Below, piece by piece: positions 18,675 to 28,740 of a stretch of 64,000 bases of DNA. The notes below the pieces were generated by a model. The model worked only from the letters and a program-made list of their open reading frames with translations. It was not told the DNA's origin and searched no databases. Both the position numbers and the translations under genes were made by a program. This stretch comes from a bacterium (lineage in GTDB: Bacteria > Patescibacteriota > Dojkabacteria > JAKAPS01 > JAJZLI01), in NCBI GenBank assembly GCA_021785355.1, contig JAJYFR010000003.1:21509-85508 (forward strand). Reading direction: 5' to 3'. Positions within the stretch are counted from its first letter, which is position 1; every line of letters begins with the position of its first letter.

Positions 18675-19271
18675 ATGGAAAATAAGGGTTTTACTTTAGT
18701 TGAGCTTTTAATTGTTATGGCAATAATAGGTATACTTATTGCTGTGGCGATTGTAGGTTTAGGATCAGCTCAAGCAGATGCTAGAAATAATGCAAGAGAA
18801 ACAGCTGTAAAAGGTATATCTGGATTATTAGAAACTTATTATGCTAATAATAATCAATCATATCCTTCTGGAGCTCAAATGAATTCAGCTGGAAATGTAG
18901 AATTTTATTTTTGGTCTTCTTCTTCTCCATATTGGGCAACACAATCATCCTTATGTAAACCTACAATAGTACCTTCTCCTGCACAATATAATAGTGGAGG
19001 TTGTGGTACATATATAGATTTCTGTAATCCAATGGGATATTCAAGTGGACCTTGTAATTATCCAACTACATCATCAAGTACACAATATTTCTATATACCA
19101 TATACTAATGGTGTTCCTACAACAGGAAATACTACAGTAACTGGATATTTGGTAGGTGCATGTTTAGAAAATAATACGATTTTTGTATATACATCGAATG
19201 GATCTAATGCCCCTTATGTACAAACAGGTCCAGGTTCAATAAAAGTTAATGGAGTTCCCTTTTCTTGTTAA
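18675..19271 (+). CDS. Type IV pilin-like protein (prepilin N-terminal methylation motif) with a Cys-rich C-terminal domain.
   Basis: MENKGFTLVELLIVMAIIGILIAVAIVGL matches the G/FTLxE prepilin peptidase site. Multiple Cys in the C-terminal half. Confidence 0.75.
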   Translation: MENKGFTLVELLIVMAIIGILIAVAIVGLGSAQADARNNARETAVKGISGLLETYYANNNQSYPSGAQMNSAGNVEFYFWSSSSPYWATQSSLCKPTIVPSPAQYNSGGCGTYIDFCNPMGYSSGPCNYPTTSSSTQYFYIPYTNGVPTTGNTTVTGYLVGACLENNTIFVYTSNGSNAPYVQTGPGSIKVNGVPFSC

Positions 19272-19389
19272 AATGAAATATTTTTTATTTATCAAAATGA
19301 GATAAATACATTAATAAAGTAATTAAAAAGTCATAAATATAAAATTTTCCAATACAAAATTATAATTATATTTTTGTTGTCGCATTTGG

Positions 19390-19464
19390 TGGTGAGGGCA
19401 CTGGGATTTGAACCCAGAACCAACAGCTTAAAAGGCTGATGCTCTACCGTTGAGCTATACCCCC
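19390..19464 (-). tRNA. tRNA-Lys (anticodon TTT), CCA encoded.
   Basis: Reverse complement GGGGGTATAGCTCAACGGTAGAGCATCAGCCTTTTAAGCTGTTGGTTCTGGGTTCAAATCCCAGTGCCCTCACCA. Anticodon loop CTTTTAA. Confidence 0.8.
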
Positions 19465-19498
19465 TCTAGATTTAAGAATAATAACATAAAATAAAGAA

Positions 19499-20362
19499 TC
19501 AATCAAAATCTTTGTTTATTTTTTTATATATTTCTTCTAATTCCTCATCTGTTTTAAATTTTAAAATAACACTTCCTATGCCTTTTATATTTCTTTTTAT
19601 TTGAACTTTTTCATCTCCAAAAAAAGATTTAAGAACATTTTGAATAGTCATTGTTCTTTGAGACAGTATATTTAATTTGTTTTGAGAAAGCTTAGGTGAT
19701 GAAGATAATATTTTATCTACAACATCATTTGTTCTTGCAGGAGATAATTTTTCTTTCAATATTTTTTTATATATCTGAAGTTGAATATCCTTATTATCTA
19801 TTCTTATAAGGGCAACTGCATGTGCATATATAAGAGTTTCTTGATAAAGAGCATCTGTAATTTCTTGTGGTAGAGTTAATATTTTAAGATAATACCTAAT
19901 TGATCTATCTGTTACTCCTATTTGTTGTGCTATTTCTATATTTTTTAAATTAAATGTTGTTTTAAGATTCATTAAAGCTGTAGCTTCTTCCATCACATTA
20001 AGATCTTTTCTTTGAAAATTTTCTACTATTGCATATACTAATAAATCTTGAGTACTTGCTTCTTTGATTATTACTGGAATTTTTTCCCATTTCAAAGCTT
20101 TTGCTGCATTTAATCTTCTCTCTCCTGCTATAAGCTGATATCTACCATCATCCATCTTTGATACAATTAAAGGAGACAGTACACCATGTTCTTTCAAAGA
20201 AGCTGCAAGATCCTCAATGTCCTTTTTAGCATCTATTCTAGGTTGATAAGGATTAGGGACTATATTTGATATAAATACCTCCTTATACCCACCATCTTGA
20301 GGCGAATTTTGAATAAGTGCAGATAAACCTCTACCTAATTTTTTATCATCTTTTTTATCCAT
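19499..20362 (-). CDS. parB: Chromosome partitioning protein ParB/Spo0J.
   Basis: ParB box IPNPYQPR, YQLIAGERRLNAAKAL, HTH region; 287 aa. Overlaps parA. Confidence 0.85.
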   Translation of the reverse strand: MDKKDDKKLGRGLSALIQNSPQDGGYKEVFISNIVPNPYQPRIDAKKDIEDLAASLKEHGVLSPLIVSKMDDGRYQLIAGERRLNAAKALKWEKIPVIIKEASTQDLLVYAIVENFQRKDLNVMEEATALMNLKTTFNLKNIEIAQQIGVTDRSIRYYLKILTLPQEITDALYQETLIYAHAVALIRIDNKDIQLQIYKKILKEKLSPARTNDVVDKILSSSPKLSQNKLNILSQRTMTIQNVLKSFFGDEKVQIKRNIKGIGSVILKFKTDEELEEIYKKINKDFD

Positions 20363-21125
20363 ATTTTTTTATTAATTCATCACTAAATTTATCATAAGCC
20401 ATTGCTCCTGTTGAAGCTGGATCATATTCAAAAATAGATTTTCCAAAAGAAGGAGCTTCTGAGAGTTTAACATTTCTTGGTATTATTGTATCAAATGTTT
20501 TCTCTTTAAAAAATCCTTTTATCTCTGAGGCTACAGATTCAGATATTTTAATTCTATTATCATACATTGTAAGTAATACTCCTAATAATTCTAGATCTGG
20601 GTTTAGAGAATCTTTAACCAATTCTATAGTTTTGAGTAATTGAGATATACCTTCAAGAGCATAATATTCACATTGTACAGGAACTAAAACTTTCTGTGCT
20701 GCTACTAAAGAATTTATAGTAAGTATACCTAAAGAAGGAGGAGAATCTATTATTACATAATCATAATTTTCACTAAATTTCATTAAGGCATTCTTTAATT
20801 TATGTTCTCTAGAAAGTTTATTTACTAATTCAATCTCTGCTCCAGCTAAAGATATATTAGATGGAACTAAAAATAAATTAGGAATACTAGTAGATACAAA
20901 GACCTGACTAATAGGTAAATCATCTATTAGGACTTCATATATTGATAAGTTTTTATTCTCACCTTCCGAAGATATATTCAAGCCTAAACCTGACGTTAAA
21001 TTTGATTGAGGATCTAAATCAATTAGAACAGTTTTCTTTCCCTTATTAGCAAGTGAAGCTCCTATATTTAATGCAGAAGTTGTCTTCCCTACTCCTCCTT
21101 TTTGATTTAATACTGATATAATCAT
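20355..21125 (-). CDS. parA: Chromosome partitioning ATPase ParA/Soj.
   Basis: Deviant Walker A MIISVLNQKGGVGKTTSALNIGASLA; 256 aa. Confidence 0.9.
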   Translation of the reverse strand: MIISVLNQKGGVGKTTSALNIGASLANKGKKTVLIDLDPQSNLTSGLGLNISSEGENKNLSIYEVLIDDLPISQVFVSTSIPNLFLVPSNISLAGAEIELVNKLSREHKLKNALMKFSENYDYVIIDSPPSLGILTINSLVAAQKVLVPVQCEYYALEGISQLLKTIELVKDSLNPDLELLGVLLTMYDNRIKISESVASEIKGFFKEKTFDTIIPRNVKLSEAPSFGKSIFEYDPASTGAMAYDKFSDELIKKYG

Positions 21126-21769
21126 TAATTACTTTTTGTGTAAATTATATTTTTTCCGTTTATATATTTTATATTAGAAATGAAACCGAATTTATTCAAT
21201 GGCCAAAATACAAAAGAAGCAATACCTTTTATTTCATTTCTAGGAACAAAGCCCCAGAAACGAGAATCAGAACTATTTCCTCTATTATCTCCCATCACAA
21301 AATAATCACCCTTTGGTACTTTAATAACGACATTATTTGCAAGAAAACTTCCACCTTCAGTTTTTATATTACTATTTATATATGCACTCTCATTCAATAA
21401 ATTTCCATTTATATAAACCTTACCATTTTTTAATTCTAAAGTTTCTCCTGGAGTAGCTATTATTCTTTTTATATATTCTTCAGATGGAGTATGCTGAAAT
21501 ATAATAACTTGACCTTGTTTTGGATTAGAATATGAAAGTGATATTTTATTTGTAAAAAGATATTCTCCATTAACAAAATTTGGCATCATACTTTCTCCAA
21601 CAACTATATGAGGTGATGCAATAAATAAATATACTATTAACGCAATAGCTAATGTTACAGATACTGTTTCTATAAAATCTATTACAAATATACGTACAAT
21701 TTTAAGAATATAATCTTTATACTTATTTTTACTCGTCTTAACTTTACTTTTAGTTTTCTTTTTTGCCAT
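21125..21769 (-). CDS. lepB: Signal peptidase I (S26 family), paralog 1.
   Basis: GESMMPNF (catalytic Ser), KRIIATPGE (catalytic Lys), GDNRGNSSDSRFWGFV. Confidence 0.8.
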   Translation of the reverse strand: MAKKKTKSKVKTSKNKYKDYILKIVRIFVIDFIETVSVTLAIALIVYLFIASPHIVVGESMMPNFVNGEYLFTNKISLSYSNPKQGQVIIFQHTPSEEYIKRIIATPGETLELKNGKVYINGNLLNESAYINSNIKTEGGSFLANNVVIKVPKGDYFVMGDNRGNSSDSRFWGFVPRNEIKGIASFVFWPLNKFGFISNIKYINGKNIIYTKSN

Positions 21770-21802
21770 AAATACAATATTTATGATATAACAAAATCAA
21801 TA

Positions 21803-22399
21803 TTAGTTCAATTTTGCTACTAGAGTATTACCTTTTGGTGTATAAGTAACAGTAGGAACAAAACCAAATTTATCTAAAGGCCAAAATACAAAGAATGCTA
21901 TGCCTTTTATACTAGACTTTTTAACAAAACCCCAAGATCTTGAATCAAAACTATTTTCTCTATTATCTCCCATTACAAAGTAATATCCTTGAGGTACAGT
22001 TATTTTTACATTATTAGCTAAAAATTGACCACCAAAAGTATATACATGAGGAGGTATATAAGCACTTTCTATTAATTTTTTACCATTTACATATACAAAA
22101 CCATTTTTAAGTTCAATTGTATTTCCAGGAAGACCTATTATCCTTTTAATAAACTCTTCAGTTGGATCAAATTGGAAATTAATAACATCACCTCTCTGAA
22201 GATTAGAAAAAGATACAGCTAGTTTATTATTAATAAGATATTCTCCATTAACAAAATTTGGCATCATACTTTCTCCAACAACGACATGAGGAGAAGATAG
22301 AAAAATATATATAACAACTGCGATAGCTATTGTTATAACACCTGTTTCTAAAAAATCGATTAAAAATGTTTTTATATATTGTTTTATTTTATCATTCAT
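21803..22399 (-). CDS. lepB: Signal peptidase I (S26 family), paralog 2, a tandem duplicate.
   Basis: GESMMPNF, KRIIGLPGN, GDNRENSFDSRSWGFV. The same motif set as the neighbouring gene. Confidence 0.8.
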   Translation of the reverse strand: MNDKIKQYIKTFLIDFLETGVITIAIAVVIYIFLSSPHVVVGESMMPNFVNGEYLINNKLAVSFSNLQRGDVINFQFDPTEEFIKRIIGLPGNTIELKNGFVYVNGKKLIESAYIPPHVYTFGGQFLANNVKITVPQGYYFVMGDNRENSFDSRSWGFVKKSSIKGIAFFVFWPLDKFGFVPTVTYTPKGNTLVAKLN

Positions 22400-24369
22400 A
22401 ATATTGTTTGAGACCCATAATTATAAGGCCATAGACTTAAATTAAATTTAGTATTTGGATAGTACTTTAACGCACTAAGCATATAATCATTCCATATTAG
22501 AGCAGCAGTTGTCTCTCCCCAAGTATTATTTGATGTAAATGAATAATTATCATTTCCAGACCAAACAACAGCAACTAAGTTAGGAGAGAAACCAGCGAAT
22601 ACATTATCAATATGATTATTAGAAGTTCCTGTTTTTCCTGCTACAGAAAAACCTCTATCAAATAAAGGATACATAGTATAGTAACTTTTAATTATACTAA
22701 TAACCATTTCAGTATATTTTTTTTGAAAAACATTAATACCTTTAGGATTAGTATTATTCAAAATTAATTTATTATTTCTATTATATATTTTGAGTATAGG
22801 ACTAGGAGATATATATGTACCATAATTAGCTAAAGAAGCATATGCACCAGCTTCTTGAAGTGTTGTTATATCACAACCTCCTATAATAGCAGGATAACCA
22901 CATACTGCTATCTTACTCTGGGTAAATTGAGATAAACCTACCTGTCTAAATGTAGAAAATATAGCAGGAAGTCCTACTTCTAAACCCACTCTTACTGCTG
23001 GAATATTTCTTGATTGTAAAAGTGCACTAGCTATACTAATAGGACCCTCATAAGCATTATTCCAGTCCGTTGGACTCCAATTTCCTATAGTCAGAGGAGT
23101 ATCATAGACTATTGAATTAGGTGTCAGTCCTGCATTTCTAAACCCCGTAAGATATACAAAAGGTTTCAGAGAAGAACCAGGAGATATCAAACTAAGTGTA
23201 GAATTTACTTCTCCTTTTACATAACTATTATCTATATTATAATTTACTGAACCCACCATAGCAAGTATATGCCCATTTTTTGGATTAATAGATACTAAAG
23301 AAGAATTATGTGTATTTAAACCTTCTTGTAAAAATCTTGACACATTACTCACTACAGATTGTTGTGCTATTTTCTGAAGTTTTAAACTGAGTGTAGTATA
23401 AACTTTATAACCACCATTATTTATAAAAGAATTGCCATATTTATTAATTAAATATTGTTTTGTATAGTATATAAACCAAGGATCAATTAATTTTGATTTA
23501 GGCCTTTTGTAATATACCAATTTTGTTGACTGAGCTTTATTAATTACACTTAAAGGTATATTTAAAATATTATCATGCTTTTTGATCTCATTGAAAACAT
23601 ATGCTTGTCTTTGAAGACCTAGCTTAGGATCAGTTCCAAAAAAGGGAGAATAGATACTTGGAGCCTGAACCATACCCGCAAGGAGTGCTGATTGAGCAAG
23701 ATTAAGTTTTGAAGCAGGAATACCAAAATATGTTTCAGAAGCAGATTCAATTCCAGATATATTTCCTCCAAAAGACACATAATTTAGATAAGAATCTAAT
23801 ATTTTTTGTTTAGAATATTGTTGAGATAATCTAATAGAAAGTAATACTTCCTTTATTTTATTTTCAACAGATCTGTTATTAGAAAGAAGGGTATTTTTTA
23901 CTAACTGTTGAGTGATAGTACTTGCTCCTTGAACTCCATTTTGCCTTTTTAAAACATCATTATACAAAGATCTTAATATACTTGGGATATTTATACCTAG
24001 AGTATCTGAAAAAAAATGTACATCTTCTGCTGCTATCATAGATTTGATCATATAAGGAGATATATTATTATATGAAACAAATTGCCTATTAACATTGCCA
24101 TATATCGTATCTATCAGAGTTCCATTTCTAGAATAAATTTGAGTATTTTCAGATTTATTGTTTTTAACTGCATTTATAACAGAAGGAAGATTTGAATTAT
24201 AATCAGAAACAATGATTGAAAAGAAAACACAAAAAAGTATTATTACTACATATAAGAAAGATAGAAATATAGAGAAAAAAATATATATAATTTTTAATAT
24301 TCTTTTTTTATCTATATTCTTTTTTTTTACAACATCCTTTATTTGTGGGGTATTATTTTTTTTCATCAA
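22396..24369 (-). CDS. Class A penicillin-binding protein (GT51 transglycosylase plus transpeptidase), PBP1A-like.
   Basis: N-terminal transmembrane anchor. GT51 motifs AAEDVHFFSD and GASTITQQLVKN. Transpeptidase motifs SLKP (SxxK), SRN, KTGTS. Confidence 0.85.
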   Translation of the reverse strand: MMKKNNTPQIKDVVKKKNIDKKRILKIIYIFFSIFLSFLYVVIILFCVFFSIIVSDYNSNLPSVINAVKNNKSENTQIYSRNGTLIDTIYGNVNRQFVSYNNISPYMIKSMIAAEDVHFFSDTLGINIPSILRSLYNDVLKRQNGVQGASTITQQLVKNTLLSNNRSVENKIKEVLLSIRLSQQYSKQKILDSYLNYVSFGGNISGIESASETYFGIPASKLNLAQSALLAGMVQAPSIYSPFFGTDPKLGLQRQAYVFNEIKKHDNILNIPLSVINKAQSTKLVYYKRPKSKLIDPWFIYYTKQYLINKYGNSFINNGGYKVYTTLSLKLQKIAQQSVVSNVSRFLQEGLNTHNSSLVSINPKNGHILAMVGSVNYNIDNSYVKGEVNSTLSLISPGSSLKPFVYLTGFRNAGLTPNSIVYDTPLTIGNWSPTDWNNAYEGPISIASALLQSRNIPAVRVGLEVGLPAIFSTFRQVGLSQFTQSKIAVCGYPAIIGGCDITTLQEAGAYASLANYGTYISPSPILKIYNRNNKLILNNTNPKGINVFQKKYTEMVISIIKSYYTMYPLFDRGFSVAGKTGTSNNHIDNVFAGFSPNLVAVVWSGNDNYSFTSNNTWGETTAALIWNDYMLSALKYYPNTKFNLSLWPYNYGSQTIL

Positions 24370-24949
24370 AATTGAATAGTATTTCTAATTTCAAAGCTTT
24401 TACTGAATTTAATATTTCTTTTTCAAAATCAATTAAATAATTGGAGCTAGCACTTAAAGCTAAGATATCTCCTATTTTGATAATAAATAAATCTAAAAAA
24501 TCACTTTCAAACAAATCTTCATATGTTTTTGAATCATTTTTATGAGAATATTCTTTAATCCTTTTATTTGCTTTATCTATAAATTTATCTATATTAAAAG
24601 TTTCTTCTACATCACGCTCAAGAATTATCAAATCTAATACCGAAGATGTCTCCTGCAATATTATATCTTTTACTTTTGATTTATTCTTAATTTTAGAAAT
24701 TAAGATCACTGAATATAAAAAAAATATCTCAAGAAGAAAAGTTTCTATAAAAACATTATCAAAATCTCTAGCTTTTATAGAGCCTAATCCTATTTTATCT
24801 TTTTTATTATAAAGATTCATAGTACTAACACTCGCAATATATGAGAGCATTGGAGCTACAGTTGCAATTTTATCAACAGTATTCTCTTCAGTATCAGATC
24901 TATTATCAAAATCAGACCATAAATTGTCGATAGTTTTTTTATTATTCAT
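24353..24949 (-). CDS. Hypothetical protein.
   Basis: 198-aa ORF overlapping the PBP gene start; no motif. Confidence 0.3.
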   Translation of the reverse strand: MNNKKTIDNLWSDFDNRSDTEENTVDKIATVAPMLSYIASVSTMNLYNKKDKIGLGSIKARDFDNVFIETFLLEIFFLYSVILISKIKNKSKVKDIILQETSSVLDLIILERDVEETFNIDKFIDKANKRIKEYSHKNDSKTYEDLFESDFLDLFIIKIGDILALSASSNYLIDFEKEILNSVKALKLEILFNFDEKK

Positions 24950-25075
24950 TACATTGTATTATATACTGTTTTTACTAATATTTTAATAGATGAAAAAATA
25001 ACAAATTAATAAGGTTTACTTTCATATTTTTGATTTTTAATTTATAATTAGAAAGTAAAAAATATTTCTTACAGT

Positions 25076-25157
25076 CGCTGGGGTGGCGGAATAGGTATAC
25101 GCGACGGACTTAAAATCCGTTGAAGCAATTCATGCGGGTTCGATTCCCGCCCTCAGC
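25076..25157 (+). tRNA. tRNA-Leu (anticodon TAA), class II.
   Basis: GCTGGGGTGGCGGAATAGGTATACGCGACGGACTTAAAATCCGTTGAAGCAATTCATGCGGGTTCGATTCCCGCCCTCAGCA. Anticodon loop CTTAAAA. Confidence 0.8.
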
Positions 25158-25164
25158 AATCTTT

Positions 25165-25238
25165 ACGGAATGTAGTTCAGTTGGCTAGAACGCTTGCTTT
25201 GGGAGCAAGAGGTCGTGGGTTCGAGTCCCGCCATTCCG
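25165..25238 (+). tRNA. tRNA-Pro (anticodon GGG).
   Basis: CGGAATGTAGTTCAGTTGGCTAGAACGCTTGCTTTGGGAGCAAGAGGTCGTGGGTTCGAGTCCCGCCATTCCGA. C1:G72 pair typical of bacterial tRNA-Pro. Anticodon loop TTTGGGA. Confidence 0.8.
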
Positions 25239-25283
25239 AGTATGCATGACAAATGCCTTTTTACCCCCTTTAAAGAACATATC
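25236..25283 (+). repeat. Left copy of a 48-bp direct repeat, starting in the last 3 nt of tRNA-Pro.
   Basis: CGAGTATGCATGACAAATGCCTTTTTACCCCCTTTAAAGAACATATCA. 46 of 48 identical to the copy at 28741-28788, and similarity extends about 8 nt further 5' into the tRNA end. Confidence 0.8.
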
Positions 25284-25484
25284 AGTCCGATTTTTTCCTC
25301 TCTTAATTTGACTCTTAAGATTATCATATTCTTTTTTTCTGCTCTAAATTAATATGACAATTATTTGATATGGTTGATATTATTACAATATCTTTATCTA
25401 GGTTTTTTAATACCCCAAGAAGAAATAATAGATATAATTGAAAAATGTATTCTCAAAATTAAAAGTATAGAAGATCAACATAGA

Positions 25485-26525
25485 TTAATGAATTGTATTT
25501 TTATTATACCTATGTAATGCTATCAAAACAACCTTTTCTACTAAATCGTCAAAAGATACTCCTTCAAAACTAGCCATTTTTGTTAAAGTATTATTTAATC
25601 CATGTGTATTTGGCCCTATTCCAGGATTATAGTTTACTTCAAGTAAGTAAATATTATTTTGTGCATCAATCCTAAAATCAATTCTTGCATAATCCCTACA
25701 TTCAGATACAATAAAAGCCTTTCTACTATATATTTCCAACTTTTCAATAATAGCAGGACTTAAGTTGGCTCTTACCATTTTTTCTTTCTTCCCTCCCCAT
25801 TTATATTCATATGAACGAATTTGTTGTAATTCTGAATTTGTACCTTCAAACAAAAATTCAAGTGGCGGGAATATATGTAAATCTGGTGGATTTCCTATCA
25901 TACCAACTGATATTTCTCGTCCTGATATGAATTGCTCTACCAAAACTGGTTGATTATATCTATCTAATGATTCTTGAATTTTCACCATAAGACTAGCTTC
26001 ATCAATAATCACACTATCTTGATATATCCCTATACTTGCTTCTTCTCTTACAGGCTTAACAATAAGTGGGAATCTAAGACCTTCCTGCAAAACTTCACTA
26101 CCAGATCTAAAAAGTTGATGTGGAGGAACAGGAATACCATATGAATTAAGTACTAAATTAGTTTTCTCTTTATCCATAGTAAAGTGCATATTATGTGAAG
26201 AGGCTCCAGTAAATGGAATATTTAATCCTTCAAGTATTGCAGGAACAACAGTTTCATTAGTATTCCCACCTCCAAAAGCTTCTGCTAAATTAAGAACAAT
26301 ATCAATAGTACTTTTTCTTAATTTTAATTGTTCCCACAATTCATAATCTGCCTTTAATGTATTAATATTATATCCCCTAGAAGTTAACAATTGAACCATC
26401 AATGGAACAATAATCTTAATCTCTTGTTCACAGATCAGATCACTCGGAATTCCTTTTTCAAGTCTTTCTGCATCATTATAAAGAATTAAAATTGATTCTG
26501 GCATTATCTTACTTATAAATTGCAA
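25485..26525 (-). CDS. ATP-grasp fold ligase (D-Ala-D-Ala ligase-like / RimK-like carboxylate-amine ligase).
   Basis: 346 aa. Ddl-like N-terminal region AEAFGGGNTNETVVPAILEGLNIPFTG, central FPLIVKPVREEASIGI, C-terminal LLEVNYNPG. Confidence 0.65.
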   Translation of the reverse strand: MQFISKIMPESILILYNDAERLEKGIPSDLICEQEIKIIVPLMVQLLTSRGYNINTLKADYELWEQLKLRKSTIDIVLNLAEAFGGGNTNETVVPAILEGLNIPFTGASSHNMHFTMDKEKTNLVLNSYGIPVPPHQLFRSGSEVLQEGLRFPLIVKPVREEASIGIYQDSVIIDEASLMVKIQESLDRYNQPVLVEQFISGREISVGMIGNPPDLHIFPPLEFLFEGTNSELQQIRSYEYKWGGKKEKMVRANLSPAIIEKLEIYSRKAFIVSECRDYARIDFRIDAQNNIYLLEVNYNPGIGPNTHGLNNTLTKMASFEGVSFDDLVEKVVLIALHRYNKNTIH

Positions 26526-27012
26526 TACACTGACAAATAATAAGGTTCTCTTTCGTTATATATTCTCCTGTAAAATCAAACCATACGCTCATAAATATTT
26601 CCTTTTCTATTCTTCTACTCTTTCCAATTTCTGGATCTTGTAGATATATATATTTATTATCTAATCCATAGACTACACTATAATGTCCATCAGGCACATC
26701 TTCGTCAGTATAATCAGATCTACCTCGTGTAAACCAATTTACAATAACAGGAACTCCTTTATTTAACCATTCTTCAATATCTTTAAAAGTACTATTGTTT
26801 TTTATAGTTACTTTAAATCCAAAACTTTCAGCTGTTTTTTTTAGACTAATATCATTAGTACCTAAATTTTTATCTGTAAAACATAGTTTTGCCAACTTTC
26901 CTTCATCCTCTTCAATCCCATAATAAGATAATATAATTTTCAACGATGCTGGACCACACATACCAGAATTTAAAGTTTCTTGAAAAGACTTAATATTTAA
27001 AAATTTCTTCAT
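26509..27012 (-). CDS. Standalone peptidase C39-like (papain-fold bacteriocin-processing-type) cysteine peptidase domain protein.
   Basis: 167 aa. QETLNSGMCGPASLKIILSYYG carries the C39 Gln/Cys motif, DGHYSVVYG carries the catalytic His. No transmembrane or ABC domains. Confidence 0.65.
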   Translation of the reverse strand: MKKFLNIKSFQETLNSGMCGPASLKIILSYYGIEEDEGKLAKLCFTDKNLGTNDISLKKTAESFGFKVTIKNNSTFKDIEEWLNKGVPVIVNWFTRGRSDYTDEDVPDGHYSVVYGLDNKYIYLQDPEIGKSRRIEKEIFMSVWFDFTGEYITKENLIICQCIAIYK

Positions 27013-27016
27013 GTTA

Positions 27017-28354
27017 TTAATTATTTTGTAAATTAAATATATCTAGCATTTTGTTATATATTACAAAAGCTTTATCTTTAGATTTACCTATTATTATAAA
27101 TCCTAATTTTGGTTCCCATTTATTTATAATTGATATTATAACACCTTGCGCTTCTCCATACATAGGATATAATATATTTTGTAATTTATATAAAATTTCT
27201 TCTGCATTCAATATCCTATTCCCATATTTAAAATTATCATTTGAAAAAGCATATATTTTATTTTCCCAATTATTCCCCAATAAGAATTTGAGTACATCAT
27301 AGACATGAGTTCCACCAGTTTTCCTCATATTTGTTTCAATAACATAAGGGTCATCCTTGTTAGACAAAACAAAATCAATATCAAAAATTCCTCTATAACC
27401 TAGTTTTTTAAATTTACTTCCTATTTGTAATGAAATTTTTTTAATTTTTCTTAAAGTAGCTTGTGAAAAAACTCTACCTACAGCAATCCCTTGAAATGTT
27501 CCTTCTAAACTTAAAATTTGATTGCAAACATATGTAACTAAAACTTCTTTATCTGATATAAAAAGTTCAGAAGACGGCGATATTATTTTAGTATTATTTT
27601 TAGAATTTATATATTCCTCTACTAGTATCAAATCTTTATCCCATATTTGAGTTTCTCCAAATTTTTTCATAATATAAAAAATACACTCTTGGATATTATT
27701 AAATTGATTTTTATAAACAAAAATTAATCCCCAACCAGATTCTCCAAAATTTGATTTAATTACACAAGATTTATCATTCTTATAAAACCAGAGTGCAATG
27801 TTCATTGCATGTTTCTTATCCGTACATATAATGCTCTCAGGAGTGAAAATATCTGCTCTTATAATTTTATTAATTTCTGTTCTAGAACCAACCTTAGAAT
27901 CAAGGTATGAAACTAACCAATCTTCGTTATTTAATGGTCTTTCTCTAATTATAAAATTTAAACCTTGTGATTTAAATAAATCTATCAATGAAATAAATTT
28001 TTCAGTTATAGCATAAGGAGAAATTTCAATCTGAGGGTTTTCTTTAATAATTATATATAATTCATTTAATAATTTTTTATCCTGTTTTATTGCATCAGAT
28101 AAACTAATGTCAATATGTTGTGGAAATAAATTTTTTATATTTTTGTAACCTAATACATTTTTATTATGATCAAATAATTTTTGATTTATGAAAAATGGAG
28201 TTATAATAACTTTATCATCTCTCTCTAATAATAATGCACGTTCACATAGACTATGTTCTACTTGTGTATATAATAATTTCTTTTTATTAGAACTAATCTT
28301 GTTAATAGAGTTTTCAAATGCTTCGGCAATATTAGCAATGATAATAACTTTCAT
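27017..28354 (-). CDS. Second ATP-grasp-like protein (a pre-ATP-grasp plus ATP-grasp architecture).
   Basis: 445 aa. CVIKSNFGESGWGL resembles the ATP-grasp glycine-rich loop; VIETNMRKTGGTH resembles the C-terminal ATP-grasp motif. Confidence 0.45.
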   Translation of the reverse strand: MKVIIIANIAEAFENSINKISSNKKKLLYTQVEHSLCERALLLERDDKVIITPFFINQKLFDHNKNVLGYKNIKNLFPQHIDISLSDAIKQDKKLLNELYIIIKENPQIEISPYAITEKFISLIDLFKSQGLNFIIRERPLNNEDWLVSYLDSKVGSRTEINKIIRADIFTPESIICTDKKHAMNIALWFYKNDKSCVIKSNFGESGWGLIFVYKNQFNNIQECIFYIMKKFGETQIWDKDLILVEEYINSKNNTKIISPSSELFISDKEVLVTYVCNQILSLEGTFQGIAVGRVFSQATLRKIKKISLQIGSKFKKLGYRGIFDIDFVLSNKDDPYVIETNMRKTGGTHVYDVLKFLLGNNWENKIYAFSNDNFKYGNRILNAEEILYKLQNILYPMYGEAQGVIISIINKWEPKLGFIIIGKSKDKAFVIYNKMLDIFNLQNN

Positions 28355-28740
28355 AATTCTAAAATTTTTAATATTTTAAATATAAAACCAAAGAAATTAA
28401 CCTATATGAAGATACCTATTAATACAATAGAAAACGCTCTTGTTTTCATTAATTTTCATTCTTAATCTTAATGGTTTAAATATAGGTGACAACAAATTTT
28501 CATCTGATGCATCTACCTCTACCATATCTGTAAAACATTTGTCATATTATTTACTGTATTATCATCATTACTCATATACATCTTATTAATATATACTTTG
28601 TACCGTCATTATAGCAGAATTCATTACTATTTTTTTTATTAATAGCACTAGAGAATTCTTTGTTAAAAGTGTTTGTATGAAGGCTTAATACTATTGCATC
28701 ATATATTATTTCTATATGTTCAAACTCTGTAGCCTTATCT

